Positions 45,460 through 54,933 of a DNA stretch of 64,000 bases are shown here, one piece after another. Each line of letters begins with the position of its first letter. Within the stretch, counting starts at the first letter, position 1. The stretch lies in the NCBI GenBank assembly GCA_045598245.1, contig JAZLLQ010000035.1:5579-69578 (forward strand), given 5' to 3'. The stretch comes from Candidatus Gastranaerophilales bacterium (GTDB lineage: Bacteria; Cyanobacteriota; Vampirovibrionia; Gastranaerophilales; JAILCC01). A program made the position numbers and the translations under genes. The notes beneath the pieces are model-generated. The model searched no databases. It was not told where the DNA came from and was given only the letters and a program-made list of their open reading frames with translations.

Positions 45460-46119
45460 ATGAATTTAAGTTTGATTTTAGATAAAATCCTTGATTTGCT
45501 TTATTATAGGACTTGTTACATCTGTTCAAAAAAGTGTATTGATATTTCTCTGTGTGAAGATTGCAGAAATAAAATTATGTCAGGTTTGAAATTTCACAAG
45601 GCTTATAAATTTGATACTAAAATTTATTCCGGCTCTCCCTATGAAAATGAGCTTTTAAAAATAATTAGGGCTTTAAAATACCACAAAAAGAAAGAATTTA
45701 AAAAAATACTTGCAGATATAATATCTTCTACGATTGAATACTACGACATAAAAACGGAGGGTTATATTATTTGTCCTGTACCTATCCACAATAATCGTTA
45801 CAAAACAAGAAAATACAATCACATGGAATTAATTGCAAAAGATATTGCCGCAAGGTATGGGCTTGAAGTAAGAACCGATTTGCTTGAAAGAATAAAAGAT
45901 ACTCAGCCTCTTTACAAACTTTCAATTCAAGAAAGACGGGAAATGATTAACGGTGCTTTCTTAGCATCAAATGAAATAAGAGGTAAAAAGATTATACTTC
46001 TTGATGATATTGTAACAACCGGCGCAACGATATCTGAGTTGTCTAAAATCATTATTGAGAACGAACCTGCGGATTTTATCGTTATTTGTGCAAGTCGCTC
46101 AAACAATTGTAATTTCTGA
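45460..46119 (+). CDS. comF: ComF-family phosphoribosyltransferase-like protein
   Basis: N-terminal CxxC..CxxC zinc finger and a C-terminal PRPP motif ILLDDIVTTGAT. Confidence 0.85.
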   Translation: MNLSLILDKILDLLYYRTCYICSKKCIDISLCEDCRNKIMSGLKFHKAYKFDTKIYSGSPYENELLKIIRALKYHKKKEFKKILADIISSTIEYYDIKTEGYIICPVPIHNNRYKTRKYNHMELIAKDIAARYGLEVRTDLLERIKDTQPLYKLSIQERREMINGAFLASNEIRGKKIILLDDIVTTGATISELSKIIIENEPADFIVICASRSNNCNF

Positions 46120-46923
46120 TTATCTTTGACTATAATCTGTTGTTAAGCCGTTCATCATTGAACTCATCATCATCGTTTGAATTAATTGGGGGTCGGGTTG
46201 TGCCATATCTGATGAATTTGCCATGTACGGCATAAAATTAGCCATCGGATTCATATTATTGTTGTTTGTGCCTAACGCATTAACCATTTGCATCATTTCT
46301 GATGACATAGTTGCAGGTTGAGGCAGGTAATTTTGATATCCTGCTCTTTTTAATGTATCTAAAGCATCTGCGATTTCGTTTTTTGTTGGTACCGGAAGTT
46401 CACTTTTGTTTTGTATCTGATTTTTAGGCAGAGAATAATCTTTGAAATCCCGCATATACTCAGCAGGAACTTCCTGAATATTTTTCTTTTGATTTACAAT
46501 GTCTTTTACGGTATCAATTTTTTTATTTTCCATATCGGCATTTACTTTATCCATGGCTTTTTTTGAAGGATCCATATTGAATTCAGTACGGCATTTTGTT
46601 GAATCATGCAAACATTCTAAACCGTTTTTTGAATAATTGGTTAATTGTGTACTTGAATTAAGATCAATAACACGTTGGTATGCTTCTTCTGCTTTTGAGG
46701 TATCACCTAATCTCGCCTGAGAAATGGCTATGTAGTAATAAGCAAGGACGTTAGAAGGATCTTTTTGTACTGCTTCATGCATTACCTGCAAACATTCCGT
46801 ATAGTTTTTGTGCTTGTACATATTAATCGCAGCGCTAATTTGCGGAGTATACAAAGATTTTGCCGAGCAAAAATCACAAACTGCAAAAGATATAAAAAAC
46901 AAAGCAATTATAATTCTTTTCAT
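46120..46923 (-). CDS. Secreted TPR-repeat protein with a Met/Asn-rich C-terminal tail
   Basis: Signal peptide MKRIIIALFFISFAVCDFCSA, with the RBS gagga preceding the ATG at 46923. TPR-like sequence YYYIAISQARLGDTSKAEEAYQRVIDL. The tail is MNPMANFMPYMANSSDM..MMMSSMMNG. Confidence 0.7.
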   Translation of the reverse strand: MKRIIIALFFISFAVCDFCSAKSLYTPQISAAINMYKHKNYTECLQVMHEAVQKDPSNVLAYYYIAISQARLGDTSKAEEAYQRVIDLNSSTQLTNYSKNGLECLHDSTKCRTEFNMDPSKKAMDKVNADMENKKIDTVKDIVNQKKNIQEVPAEYMRDFKDYSLPKNQIQNKSELPVPTKNEIADALDTLKRAGYQNYLPQPATMSSEMMQMVNALGTNNNNMNPMANFMPYMANSSDMAQPDPQLIQTMMMSSMMNGLTTDYSQR

Positions 46924-47097
46924 ATTATCCTCACATATAATCCTACTACTATATTTATATTTTAACGACAGAATTTGACAAATACAATATTTCTTTATGA
47001 AATCAACTAAAAGTATGATTTTTTTACAAATTTGATAAATATTTTTCAAATGAATTTATAATGTATGTGTATTTGTGTAATATTTAGGATACTCTCT

Positions 47098-47328
47098 ATG
47101 CTGGTAAAAATTAAGGAATGTGCAAAATCTCAAAAAAATTGGAGTCTTTATAAACTCGCCAAGGAACTTGATTTGCCTGAACAAAACATTTACAGCTGGG
47201 CATCCGGCAGAACACAACCATCTTATGAAAATATGGATAAGTTATGTGCAATTTTGGATTGCACTATGTCAGATTTATTTGAACCGGAACCTGTTCAAAT
47301 AAAAATTAACCTGAAAACCAATATGTAA
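47098..47328 (+). CDS. XRE-family helix-turn-helix transcriptional regulator
   Basis: The sequence WSLYKLAKELDLPEQNIYSWASGRTQPSYENMDKLCAILDCTMSDLF fits the Cro/C1 HTH pattern. Confidence 0.8.
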   Translation: MLVKIKECAKSQKNWSLYKLAKELDLPEQNIYSWASGRTQPSYENMDKLCAILDCTMSDLFEPEPVQIKINLKTNM

Positions 47329-47457
47329 GGATGTATACAGCGTATATACAAAAAACACTTAACAAAAATTAAAAAAACTGTTAAAATAGAAAAGTGGGTA
47401 GCAATTTTTAACATGCTCAAGTTTTAATTCCATTATCACCACAAGAAGGAAGCAAGG

Positions 47458-49323
47458 TTGAATTATAAAGGTAGTGACATAAACTCAGGAAGTAACCAGA
47501 GTACAGATAATCATGTCGGAATGAATCATGTCAGTCCGATAAAGGCTTTTCCTCGAAATACCATGCCGGGACAGCAGAAAACTGCCAACAGATTATTTGG
47601 TGGTATGGCTTCTCATAGCGGTTATCAGAATGTTTTTACCATTCAAAGCAATATAGATCCCCTTGATGTCCTTTATGATTTTTCTTCAATAGCAAAATCA
47701 AAAAGAAATATGCAGGATGTTTATTATTTGCTTCATAACATTGCGGTTACGAGATTAGGACTCGCATTTAGTGCTTTAGGTATCATAAATTCGCAATCAA
47801 ATTGTATCAATATTCAACTCTTAGACAGAATTGGTAACTCCTTCACCTCAAGAGCATTATTGACGCAACCACAAAACCCCATTGTTAAAGCATTTGTGGA
47901 TAAAATTCCTCAAACTGTTACAGATAATGAGTTTTTAAAAATAGATTATATTCCGAAAACAAAATCACTTATCCTTCCAATGATTTTTCAAGGCAACTGT
48001 TATGGTGTACTTATCCTTGGATACAGTGAATTAACACAACAGTGCAGTGATTTATTGCAAATACTTGTTGATTATATGGCATTGCATGTTGCCAGTTCAC
48101 AATTAAATGAATTATCTACTTTGAATGGTGATACAGATATATTGACGGGATTAAAAACCCATAGAGCTTTCCAAGAGTCGCTTTCTAACGAGATACAAAA
48201 GGCGGAAGAAAATGACAAGCCTATCTCTGTTGTTATTTTTGATGTTAACAATATTTCTCAAATAAACAGAGAATTTGGTCATGCAAAAGGTGATGAAATC
48301 ATCAAACTTGTATCGGAAAAAATCAAGCAAAATATACGCAGCATTGATGTTGCCGGCAGATACGGCGGTGACGAAATTGCTTTAATTTTACCGGATACAG
48401 ATAACTCCGAAGCAACATACATTACTGAATATCTGACGTATTCATTATCTTGTTGTTTGGTTGACGATGTCGGTTCGGTTAAGGTAAGTGTTGGTATTGC
48501 AACATATCCGACTTGTGCAAGAGAGCAGGAAAAATTATTAATTCTTGCAGAACAGGCAATGATTATTTCCAAAAATAAAGGTTATAAAAACGGTATATCC
48601 ACTGCCGTAAATGCTCAGGATATCAATTTCTGGAATGAAGCAGCCTTGGATTCGTTTGCATCGGTTATTGCCAAACGTCACAGTCAATTAGGTTTGAACT
48701 TTGAAGAAGAATTGGTTGATAAATTCCACTCTGACAGTTTGAATTCAAATAATCACATGATAGACGTTGTAACGTCTTTGGCGGGTGCAATTGATGCGAA
48801 AGACACATATACAAAAGGTCATTCGGTTTCGGTTTCAAGATATGCTGAAGCGTTGGCAAGAGCACTTAATTTACCTGATGATGAAGTCGAGCGTATTAAA
48901 CTTGGTGCATTACTCCACGATGTCGGGAAAATAGGTATTCCTGAAAACGTACTTGGCAGAACAAGTAAACTCGCCGATGACGAATGGGAAATTATGAAAC
49001 AACACCCTGTTATTGGTGCGGAAAAGGTATTAGCTCCGGTTGATGCATTGCGTGACCTTATTCCAATGGTTAAACACCATCATGAACATTGGGACGGCTC
49101 AGGTTATCCCGATAATCTGAAAGGCGAAGAAATACCTTTGGCAGCAAGAATTGTTGCGGTAGCTGATACTTTCCACGCTTTAATCAGCGACAGACCGTAC
49201 AGAAAAGGTTTGCCTATCGAAAAAGCTATTGAGATATTAAGAATTGGTGCCGGTATTCAGTGGGATAGTGAGCTTGTCAGGAAATTCATAGTTATTGCAC
49301 CTTCATTGATTACTACGATTTAG
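47458..49323 (+). CDS. GAF-like, GGDEF and HD-GYP c-di-GMP turnover protein
   Basis: RYGGDEIALIL (GGDEF) and HDVGKIGIP...HHEHWDGSGYP (HD-GYP). The TTG start is preceded by aggaag, and alternative ATG starts lie downstream. Confidence 0.85.
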   Translation: MNYKGSDINSGSNQSTDNHVGMNHVSPIKAFPRNTMPGQQKTANRLFGGMASHSGYQNVFTIQSNIDPLDVLYDFSSIAKSKRNMQDVYYLLHNIAVTRLGLAFSALGIINSQSNCINIQLLDRIGNSFTSRALLTQPQNPIVKAFVDKIPQTVTDNEFLKIDYIPKTKSLILPMIFQGNCYGVLILGYSELTQQCSDLLQILVDYMALHVASSQLNELSTLNGDTDILTGLKTHRAFQESLSNEIQKAEENDKPISVVIFDVNNISQINREFGHAKGDEIIKLVSEKIKQNIRSIDVAGRYGGDEIALILPDTDNSEATYITEYLTYSLSCCLVDDVGSVKVSVGIATYPTCAREQEKLLILAEQAMIISKNKGYKNGISTAVNAQDINFWNEAALDSFASVIAKRHSQLGLNFEEELVDKFHSDSLNSNNHMIDVVTSLAGAIDAKDTYTKGHSVSVSRYAEALARALNLPDDEVERIKLGALLHDVGKIGIPENVLGRTSKLADDEWEIMKQHPVIGAEKVLAPVDALRDLIPMVKHHHEHWDGSGYPDNLKGEEIPLAARIVAVADTFHALISDRPYRKGLPIEKAIEILRIGAGIQWDSELVRKFIVIAPSLITTI

Positions 49324-49325
49324 TA

Positions 49326-50243
49326 CTAGTCGAATAAGGCTGTGCTTAAATATTTTTCTGCGCTGTCTGGCATGATGACTACAATTAACTTGTCCTTATT
49401 TTCAGGCAATTTGGCTGTTTCGATCGCCGCAAATAAAGCTGCACCGCCTGAAATTCCGGACAAAATCCCTTCGCTTTTTGCAAGCATTTTTGCTGTCTTT
49501 ATTGCTTCATCATCTTTTACTTTGAATACTTTGTCTATTAAAGAAACATCACAAATATCAGGGATAAAACCTGCTCCAATACCTTGAAGTCCATGTAATC
49601 CTGCAGATTCGCCGGATAATACGGCACTTGAGAATGGTTCAACCGCTACAGTTTTGATATCAGGATTTTGCTCTTTTAGATATTTCGCTATTCCTGTAAA
49701 TGTACCTCCGGTTCCAATTCCTGCTACGAAAATATCAATTTTACCATCAGTATCATTCCATATTTCTTTTGCTGTTGTATTGTAATGAATTTGAGGATTT
49801 GCAGGGTTCGTAAATTGTCCCGCTATGATAGAATCGGGAATTTCGCTATGTAATTCTTCAGCTCTATCAATTGCACCTTTCATTCCGAGTTTTGAGTCTG
49901 TTAAAACTATTTCAGCACCTAAAAATGATAAAAGTTTTCTTCTTTCAATGCTCATGTTTTCAGGCATGGTTAAAATTAATCGGTATCCTTTAATTGCAGA
50001 AACCATAGCAAGCCCTATGCCGGTATTTCCGCTTGTGGATTCAATTAATGTTGATTTGCCGGGAGATATTACACCTTGTTTTTCGGCAGTTTCAATGATA
50101 TTCAAACCAACCCTGTCCTTTACCGAACCTGCAGGATTAAAACTTTCTAATTTCAATACGATTTTTGCCCCATTATTTATTTTCTGTAAAAAAAGCATGG
50201 GTGTACTGCCGATTAATTCGGTTGCACTGTGTTTTATGTTCAT
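49326..50243 (-). CDS. cysK: Cysteine synthase (O-acetylserine sulfhydrylase)
   Basis: PLP-fold motifs NPAGSVKDR and TSGNTGIGLA. Start is at ATG 50243, preceded by aagga. Confidence 0.9.
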   Translation of the reverse strand: MNIKHSATELIGSTPMLFLQKINNGAKIVLKLESFNPAGSVKDRVGLNIIETAEKQGVISPGKSTLIESTSGNTGIGLAMVSAIKGYRLILTMPENMSIERRKLLSFLGAEIVLTDSKLGMKGAIDRAEELHSEIPDSIIAGQFTNPANPQIHYNTTAKEIWNDTDGKIDIFVAGIGTGGTFTGIAKYLKEQNPDIKTVAVEPFSSAVLSGESAGLHGLQGIGAGFIPDICDVSLIDKVFKVKDDEAIKTAKMLAKSEGILSGISGGAALFAAIETAKLPENKDKLIVVIMPDSAEKYLSTALFD

Positions 50244-50257
50244 TTGGTAATTCCTTA

Positions 50258-50575
50258 TTAATAATCCCACATCGTAGAGCGTACTTTTATTTGGTGATAC
50301 CCAAAATCATTACAGTCATCAGCAGGATCAATGTATGCTAAACCTTTTCTGTACCATCTGTATAATGGGTTAGACGGCCATTGTGGCGGAAACGGTTCGC
50401 CGAATGTCTTGGCTTTGTTAATTTCAACTATGTCAATCATTGCGTCACTATATCCCTGCTTACCTAAAAAGTCTACACTCATATAGTCTCTAACAGTAAT
50501 TTCCGCTTTCGTAATAACGGGTGTAACAGCAATAATAACTACTAAAGCAAATATTATAAATAAAACTTTTTTCAT
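50258..50575 (-). CDS. Small secreted hypothetical protein (105 aa)
   Basis: Signal-like N-terminus MKKVLFIIFALVVIIAVTPVITKA. The RBS is aaggag. Confidence 0.65.
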   Translation of the reverse strand: MKKVLFIIFALVVIIAVTPVITKAEITVRDYMSVDFLGKQGYSDAMIDIVEINKAKTFGEPFPPQWPSNPLYRWYRKGLAYIDPADDCNDFGYHQIKVRSTMWDY

Positions 50576-50723
50576 ATCATTCTCCTTATAATACATTTTA
50601 CTACTTTTTTTGAAAAAAAACAGTACCTTATTAATTTTGTAAAAAAAATTCCTCTAAATATAGTAAGAAAAATAGCAAATAATATGATTTAATTATCATA
50701 GTAATATTTGTGGAAAGATAATT

Positions 50724-51161
50724 ATGAAGTTACAAACGACAAAATTTGGGGAAGTCGAGGTTAGCGAAGATTATGTATTCACTTTTGTAGAGCCGATTAT
50801 AGGCTATGATGAATACAAGGAGTTTGCACTAATAGATTATAATGAAAAATCCCCGTTTAAGTGGTTGCAAGCGGTGGATAATCCGGAATTGGCATTACCT
50901 GTAACAATACCTGCTTATTTTGGAATACCATATCAATTTACAATTCCTGATGAAAAAGAAAATATATTAGAAGCAAAAGATGCAAACAGCATTTTGGCAT
51001 TGAATATAGCCAATATTCCCAACGGAGAACCTCAAAATGCAACCGTTAATTTGTTAGCACCAATTGTAGTCAATACGGATAACAAAAAAGCAATCCAGCT
51101 TATACTTACGAATAGTGATTTCTCCGTAAGATACAAGATTTTTAATTATAAGGATAAATAA
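50724..51161 (+). CDS. fliW: Flagellar assembly factor FliW
   Basis: FliW-like sequence (T.FGE.EV.ED.V..F..GI.G...YK.F.L......PF.WLQ). The gene is directly coupled to csrA by an ATGA-type overlap at 51161. Confidence 0.88.
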   Translation: MKLQTTKFGEVEVSEDYVFTFVEPIIGYDEYKEFALIDYNEKSPFKWLQAVDNPELALPVTIPAYFGIPYQFTIPDEKENILEAKDANSILALNIANIPNGEPQNATVNLLAPIVVNTDNKKAIQLILTNSDFSVRYKIFNYKDK

Positions 51162-51451
51162 TGTTAGTACTAACCAGAAAATTAGGGCAAAGCATAATAA
51201 TTAATGACAATGTTGAAGTTACTATCCTTGAAGTAAAAGGCGAGTCTGTTCGTATTGGTGTTGAAGCACCAAGAGAAGTGGCTGTATACAGGCGTGAAAT
51301 ATACGAAGAAATTAAACGAGAAAACCAAAATACTGCTAAGCAATCTTCTTTGGAAGATGTTTCTTTGGCATTAGATATGCTAAAAACTTATAATACAAGT
51401 TCTAAACAAGATTTCAAAATTGTTATAAATAAGAAAAATGATAAAAAATAG
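51161..51451 (+). CDS. csrA: Carbon storage regulator CsrA (FliW-partnered type with C-terminal extension)
   Basis: MLVLTRKLGQSIIINDNVEVTILEVKGESVRIGVEAPREVAVYRREIYE is the canonical CsrA sequence. Confidence 0.95.
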   Translation: MLVLTRKLGQSIIINDNVEVTILEVKGESVRIGVEAPREVAVYRREIYEEIKRENQNTAKQSSLEDVSLALDMLKTYNTSSKQDFKIVINKKNDKK

Positions 51452-52127
51452 CGAATTTTGTAATATCCAAAGACTCGTATACCAAGAGCGTAATTTTGAT
51501 GAAGCAATTGACTTGCTTCTGAATTCTGATTACATAACTACTCAGGATTTTCAAAGACTTTTGGCACAGGTTTATTTTTTCAAATTTGATTTTGAAAAAG
51601 CTGCTATTGTATTCAACAATCTAAAAGACAGTTATAATACAGGTTTTTGTAAGTTGTTGCAGGGTAATAGCAATGAGGCTTTGAATATTTGGAAAAACAC
51701 AGCACCATCTCCCGCACAAAATTGGGGTATGTTTTTCTGCGAATTATTTACTGAAAAAGTAACAACAAAACCATCATATTTGCAGGTAAGAGCTTTTTTG
51801 GAAAGAGATTTGAATCTTTTTTTAAAAGTTAATCTGCCTTTATATGTTCAAAAAATAATTGATATTTCAGAATTTTTAGCTGAACTTAATCCTGAAACTA
51901 ACAAAATAATAGCCAGAACTTTTCTGTACAATGATTATACAGATTATGCAAAAGAATATTTTGAAAGAGCTTTGGACTACACAGAAGAAGATGCTGAGTT
52001 ATATTACTTGTTGGGACTATATTACCAAAAAACTCAAGATATTTCTTCTGCGAGAATATCTCTTAACAAAGCTGTAAAACTTAATGATAATTACATTCCT
52101 GCCAAAAATTTACTCAGCAAATTGTAG
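51438..52127 (+). CDS. TPR-like repeat protein
   Basis: The C-terminal sequence AKEYFERALDYTEEDAELYYLLGLYYQKTQDISSARISLNKAVKLND is TPR-like. The gene overlaps the csrA 3' end by 14 nt. Confidence 0.6.
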   Translation: MIKNSEFCNIQRLVYQERNFDEAIDLLLNSDYITTQDFQRLLAQVYFFKFDFEKAAIVFNNLKDSYNTGFCKLLQGNSNEALNIWKNTAPSPAQNWGMFFCELFTEKVTTKPSYLQVRAFLERDLNLFLKVNLPLYVQKIIDISEFLAELNPETNKIIARTFLYNDYTDYAKEYFERALDYTEEDAELYYLLGLYYQKTQDISSARISLNKAVKLNDNYIPAKNLLSKL

Positions 52128-52190
52128 AAAAATATTCTCAATAAGAATTAGTTATTGTATAATAACAGAGTACCATACAGGTGAAGAAAT

Positions 52191-53792
52191 ATGACAGAAC
52201 AAGAAAAAATTGAAATATACGATACTACTTTGCGTGATGGCGCACAAGCAGAGGGTATAGCTTTTTCGGTAAGTGATAAACTTAAAATTGTAAGATTATT
52301 AGACGATTTAGAAGTTGATTATATAGAATTGGGTTGGCCTGGTGCTAATCCGAAGGATAATGAAATTTTTCAGCTTATAAAAAATGTTGATTTAAAACAC
52401 TCACAAATAGCTGCATTCGGTTGTACAAAAAAACCGTTTACCAATGTTGGAGAGGATAACGTAATTGAGCAGTTAATTCTTGCGGATACGCCTGTAGTCA
52501 CTATATTTGGAAAAACTTGGGATTTTCATGTTGAGCATGCACTTCAAACAACTTTGGATGAAAATCTTAATATGATTAAAACTTCAATTGAATATTTGGT
52601 ATCTAAGGGTAAAAAAGTTTTCTTTGATGCGGAACATTTTTTTGACGGATACAAAAACAACAAAGAATATGCTGTAAAAACCATCGAAACCGCACATAAC
52701 GCAGGGGCTGTACGAATTGTTTTATGTGATACAAACGGAGGAATGTTAAACAACTGTATCTATAAGATTTTGAAAGAAGTTAAGGAATATTTACCTGATG
52801 CCGTTTTTGGTATTCATGTTCACAATGACGGTGACCTTGCGATAGCAAATTCAATTGCAGCCGTACAAGCAGGAGTAAAACAAATTCAAGGTACAATTAA
52901 CGGGTATGGTGAACGTTGCGGTAATGCAAATTTGTGTTCGGTTATTCCTAACTTGCAATTAAAACTCAAGAAAGAAGTTATTGGCGAAAACATAGAAAAG
53001 TTATGCTATGTTTCAAGGCAAGTTGCAGAAATAGCTAATAAAAAAGCAAGCGATTATGCTCCTTTTGTCGGAAGGAGTGCATTTGCACATAAAGCAGGAA
53101 TACACGCAAGCGGTGTTGTTAAAACTCCCGAAACTTATGAACATATTACGCCTGAAAGTATTGGTAATTTCCGCAGAATTCTTGTAAGTGACCAAGCCGG
53201 AGCAACTACGATTAAGAAAAAAATCGAAAACCTTAAATTAAACATGTCAATAACTGAAAATGATATTCCGCTTATTGTAGATAAAATCAAAGAATTGGAA
53301 TGGCAAGGATATACATTTGAAAATGCTGATGCTTCCTTTGAAATAACTTTATTAAAAGCGTTAAATCAGATGCCGGACTACTTTTCAATACTCGGTTTTA
53401 GGGTTATTGATGATACAATTTCTTCTACAAAAATAGATTTAAACTCAGAGGCTTCCGTAAAAATTAAAATTAATGATGAAATTATACACACTGTTAGCGA
53501 AGGTGACGGACCCGTTAATGCCCTTGATATGGCACTCAGAAAAGCCTTAAAAGAAATTTATCCCATAATTGATAATTTTAAACTGGCTGATTTTAAAGTA
53601 AGAATTTTGGATAGCAAAGAAGGTACGGGTGCAAGCACAAGAGTTCACGTTGAAACAACGGACGGCTTTAATCGTTGGGATACCGTAGGTGTATCTTCAA
53701 ACATTACAGAAGCCGCATATACTGCACTTGTCGACAGTATTTTATTCGGCTTGCTTCTCAATAATGAAAAGGCTTTAAACGAGGTCAAATAA
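52191..53792 (+). CDS. cimA: Citramalate synthase (CimA-type member of the isopropylmalate/homocitrate synthase family)
   Basis: IYDTTLRDGAQAEGI.FS..DKL.I...LD.L.VDYIELGWPGANPKD, HVHNDGDLA, and the ~530-aa length fit the CimA subfamiliy pattern. LeuA cannot be fully excluded. Confidence 0.8.
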   Translation: MTEQEKIEIYDTTLRDGAQAEGIAFSVSDKLKIVRLLDDLEVDYIELGWPGANPKDNEIFQLIKNVDLKHSQIAAFGCTKKPFTNVGEDNVIEQLILADTPVVTIFGKTWDFHVEHALQTTLDENLNMIKTSIEYLVSKGKKVFFDAEHFFDGYKNNKEYAVKTIETAHNAGAVRIVLCDTNGGMLNNCIYKILKEVKEYLPDAVFGIHVHNDGDLAIANSIAAVQAGVKQIQGTINGYGERCGNANLCSVIPNLQLKLKKEVIGENIEKLCYVSRQVAEIANKKASDYAPFVGRSAFAHKAGIHASGVVKTPETYEHITPESIGNFRRILVSDQAGATTIKKKIENLKLNMSITENDIPLIVDKIKELEWQGYTFENADASFEITLLKALNQMPDYFSILGFRVIDDTISSTKIDLNSEASVKIKINDEIIHTVSEGDGPVNALDMALRKALKEIYPIIDNFKLADFKVRILDSKEGTGASTRVHVETTDGFNRWDTVGVSSNITEAAYTALVDSILFGLLLNNEKALNEVK

Positions 53793-53925
53793 TATTTCCC
53801 CATAATGTAACGAATTGTAAAAGATTTTGTTAAGTATTATTAATTTTTTGGTGGTATTCTGCAATTTCGTTTTGAAAATTGTTTTTATTAATATACGGAA
53901 TTGGGAAATTTATAGGAATTTTGGA

Positions 53926-54243
53926 ATGGCAGACATCGTAATAGGCGCACATAACAACGGTACAACACAGGCATACGCAAAGGATGCAATGGGTGTTGGC
54001 ATGGCAATATCACGCACACCGCAGTTTCAGCAAGCAATTTCAAATCCTCGCCAGAGGGATGAATTTGTTAGTGCAATAAAATTAAGACAAGAAAAAGCTC
54101 TCGCAAATAATGATAAGCAGATGTTTGATGTGCTAGGCGGTTTGTTAAATATGGTTAAATCATCATCTGTACAGTCTGTTGCATCTGCTGAAACTAAAGT
54201 TACAGGTAATCGTTTTGACAGTAATAATATCTTTGCTGTATAA
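53926..54243 (+). CDS. Hypothetical protein (105 aa)
   Basis: ORF only. The start is chosen at MADIVIG, and the upstream extension in the track is hydrophobic junk. The RBS is weak. Confidence 0.5.
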   Translation: MADIVIGAHNNGTTQAYAKDAMGVGMAISRTPQFQQAISNPRQRDEFVSAIKLRQEKALANNDKQMFDVLGGLLNMVKSSSVQSVASAETKVTGNRFDSNNIFAV

Positions 54244-54268
54244 AAACTTAATAAAAAATTAACAATAT

Positions 54269-54303
54269 AAGTCGACTTAGCATGGGCAAAGTTGACTTTT
54301 TTG
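54269..54303 (+). terminator. Intrinsic terminator upstream of grpE
   Basis: AAGTCGAC-loop-GTTGACTT followed by TTTTTT, with one G.U pair in the stem. Confidence 0.65.
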
Positions 54304-54345
54304 TGTTTAAATATAATTATCAACAATTTTATTTAGGAGAGAATT

Positions 54346-54918
54346 ATGTCTAAACACAATAACGAAGAAGAAATAAAAGAAAATGCGTTTGTGCAGGATG
54401 TTCAAAGTGTCGAAGCAGCGCAGGAAGAAGATTTAGAGAATAAAACCTGTGAAGATACCACACCTGATAATAATACTTCGTCCAATGAAGAGCTTGAAAA
54501 TTTAAAAAATCAGTACATCCGTCTTGCTGCAGACTTTGATAATTACAGAAAAAGACAAGCTCAAGAAAGAGAAAGTCTTTTAAAGTATGGAGCAGAAAGC
54601 ACATTAAAACTGTTACTTCCTGTTCTTGACAATTATTACAGAGGCAAACAGGCATGCGAAAACATGGATGATTGTGTTAAATTAAAAGAAAGTTTTGATG
54701 TTATTTTCAAGCAATTTTTTGATGCTTTGGATAAGGCAGGTTTGAAAAGAATTGAAACAATCGGCAAAGAGTTTGACCCAAATATTCATGAAGCTGTTAT
54801 GCAAACACCTACGAGTGAACATCCTGATAATACGATAGTTGATGAATTGCAGGCAGGATATATGCTTGAGGACAGAGTACTTCGTGTGGCAATGGTTAAT
54901 GTTGCCGTTGGAGAGTAG
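54346..54918 (+). CDS. grpE: Nucleotide exchange factor GrpE
   Basis: YIRLAADFDNYRKR and the C-terminal beta-domain GY.L.DRVLR.A.V are GrpE hallmarks. Confidence 0.93.
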   Translation: MSKHNNEEEIKENAFVQDVQSVEAAQEEDLENKTCEDTTPDNNTSSNEELENLKNQYIRLAADFDNYRKRQAQERESLLKYGAESTLKLLLPVLDNYYRGKQACENMDDCVKLKESFDVIFKQFFDALDKAGLKRIETIGKEFDPNIHEAVMQTPTSEHPDNTIVDELQAGYMLEDRVLRVAMVNVAVGE

Positions 54919-54933
54919 TGGGGAAAATTTGTA

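Noticed and set aside
54244-54345. Looked for a CIRCE (TTAGCACTC-N9-GAGTGCTAA) heat-shock operator upstream of grpE-dnaJ
   Set aside because: No match was found. The only hairpin there (54269-54303) is followed by a T-run and reads as the terminator of the upstream gene.
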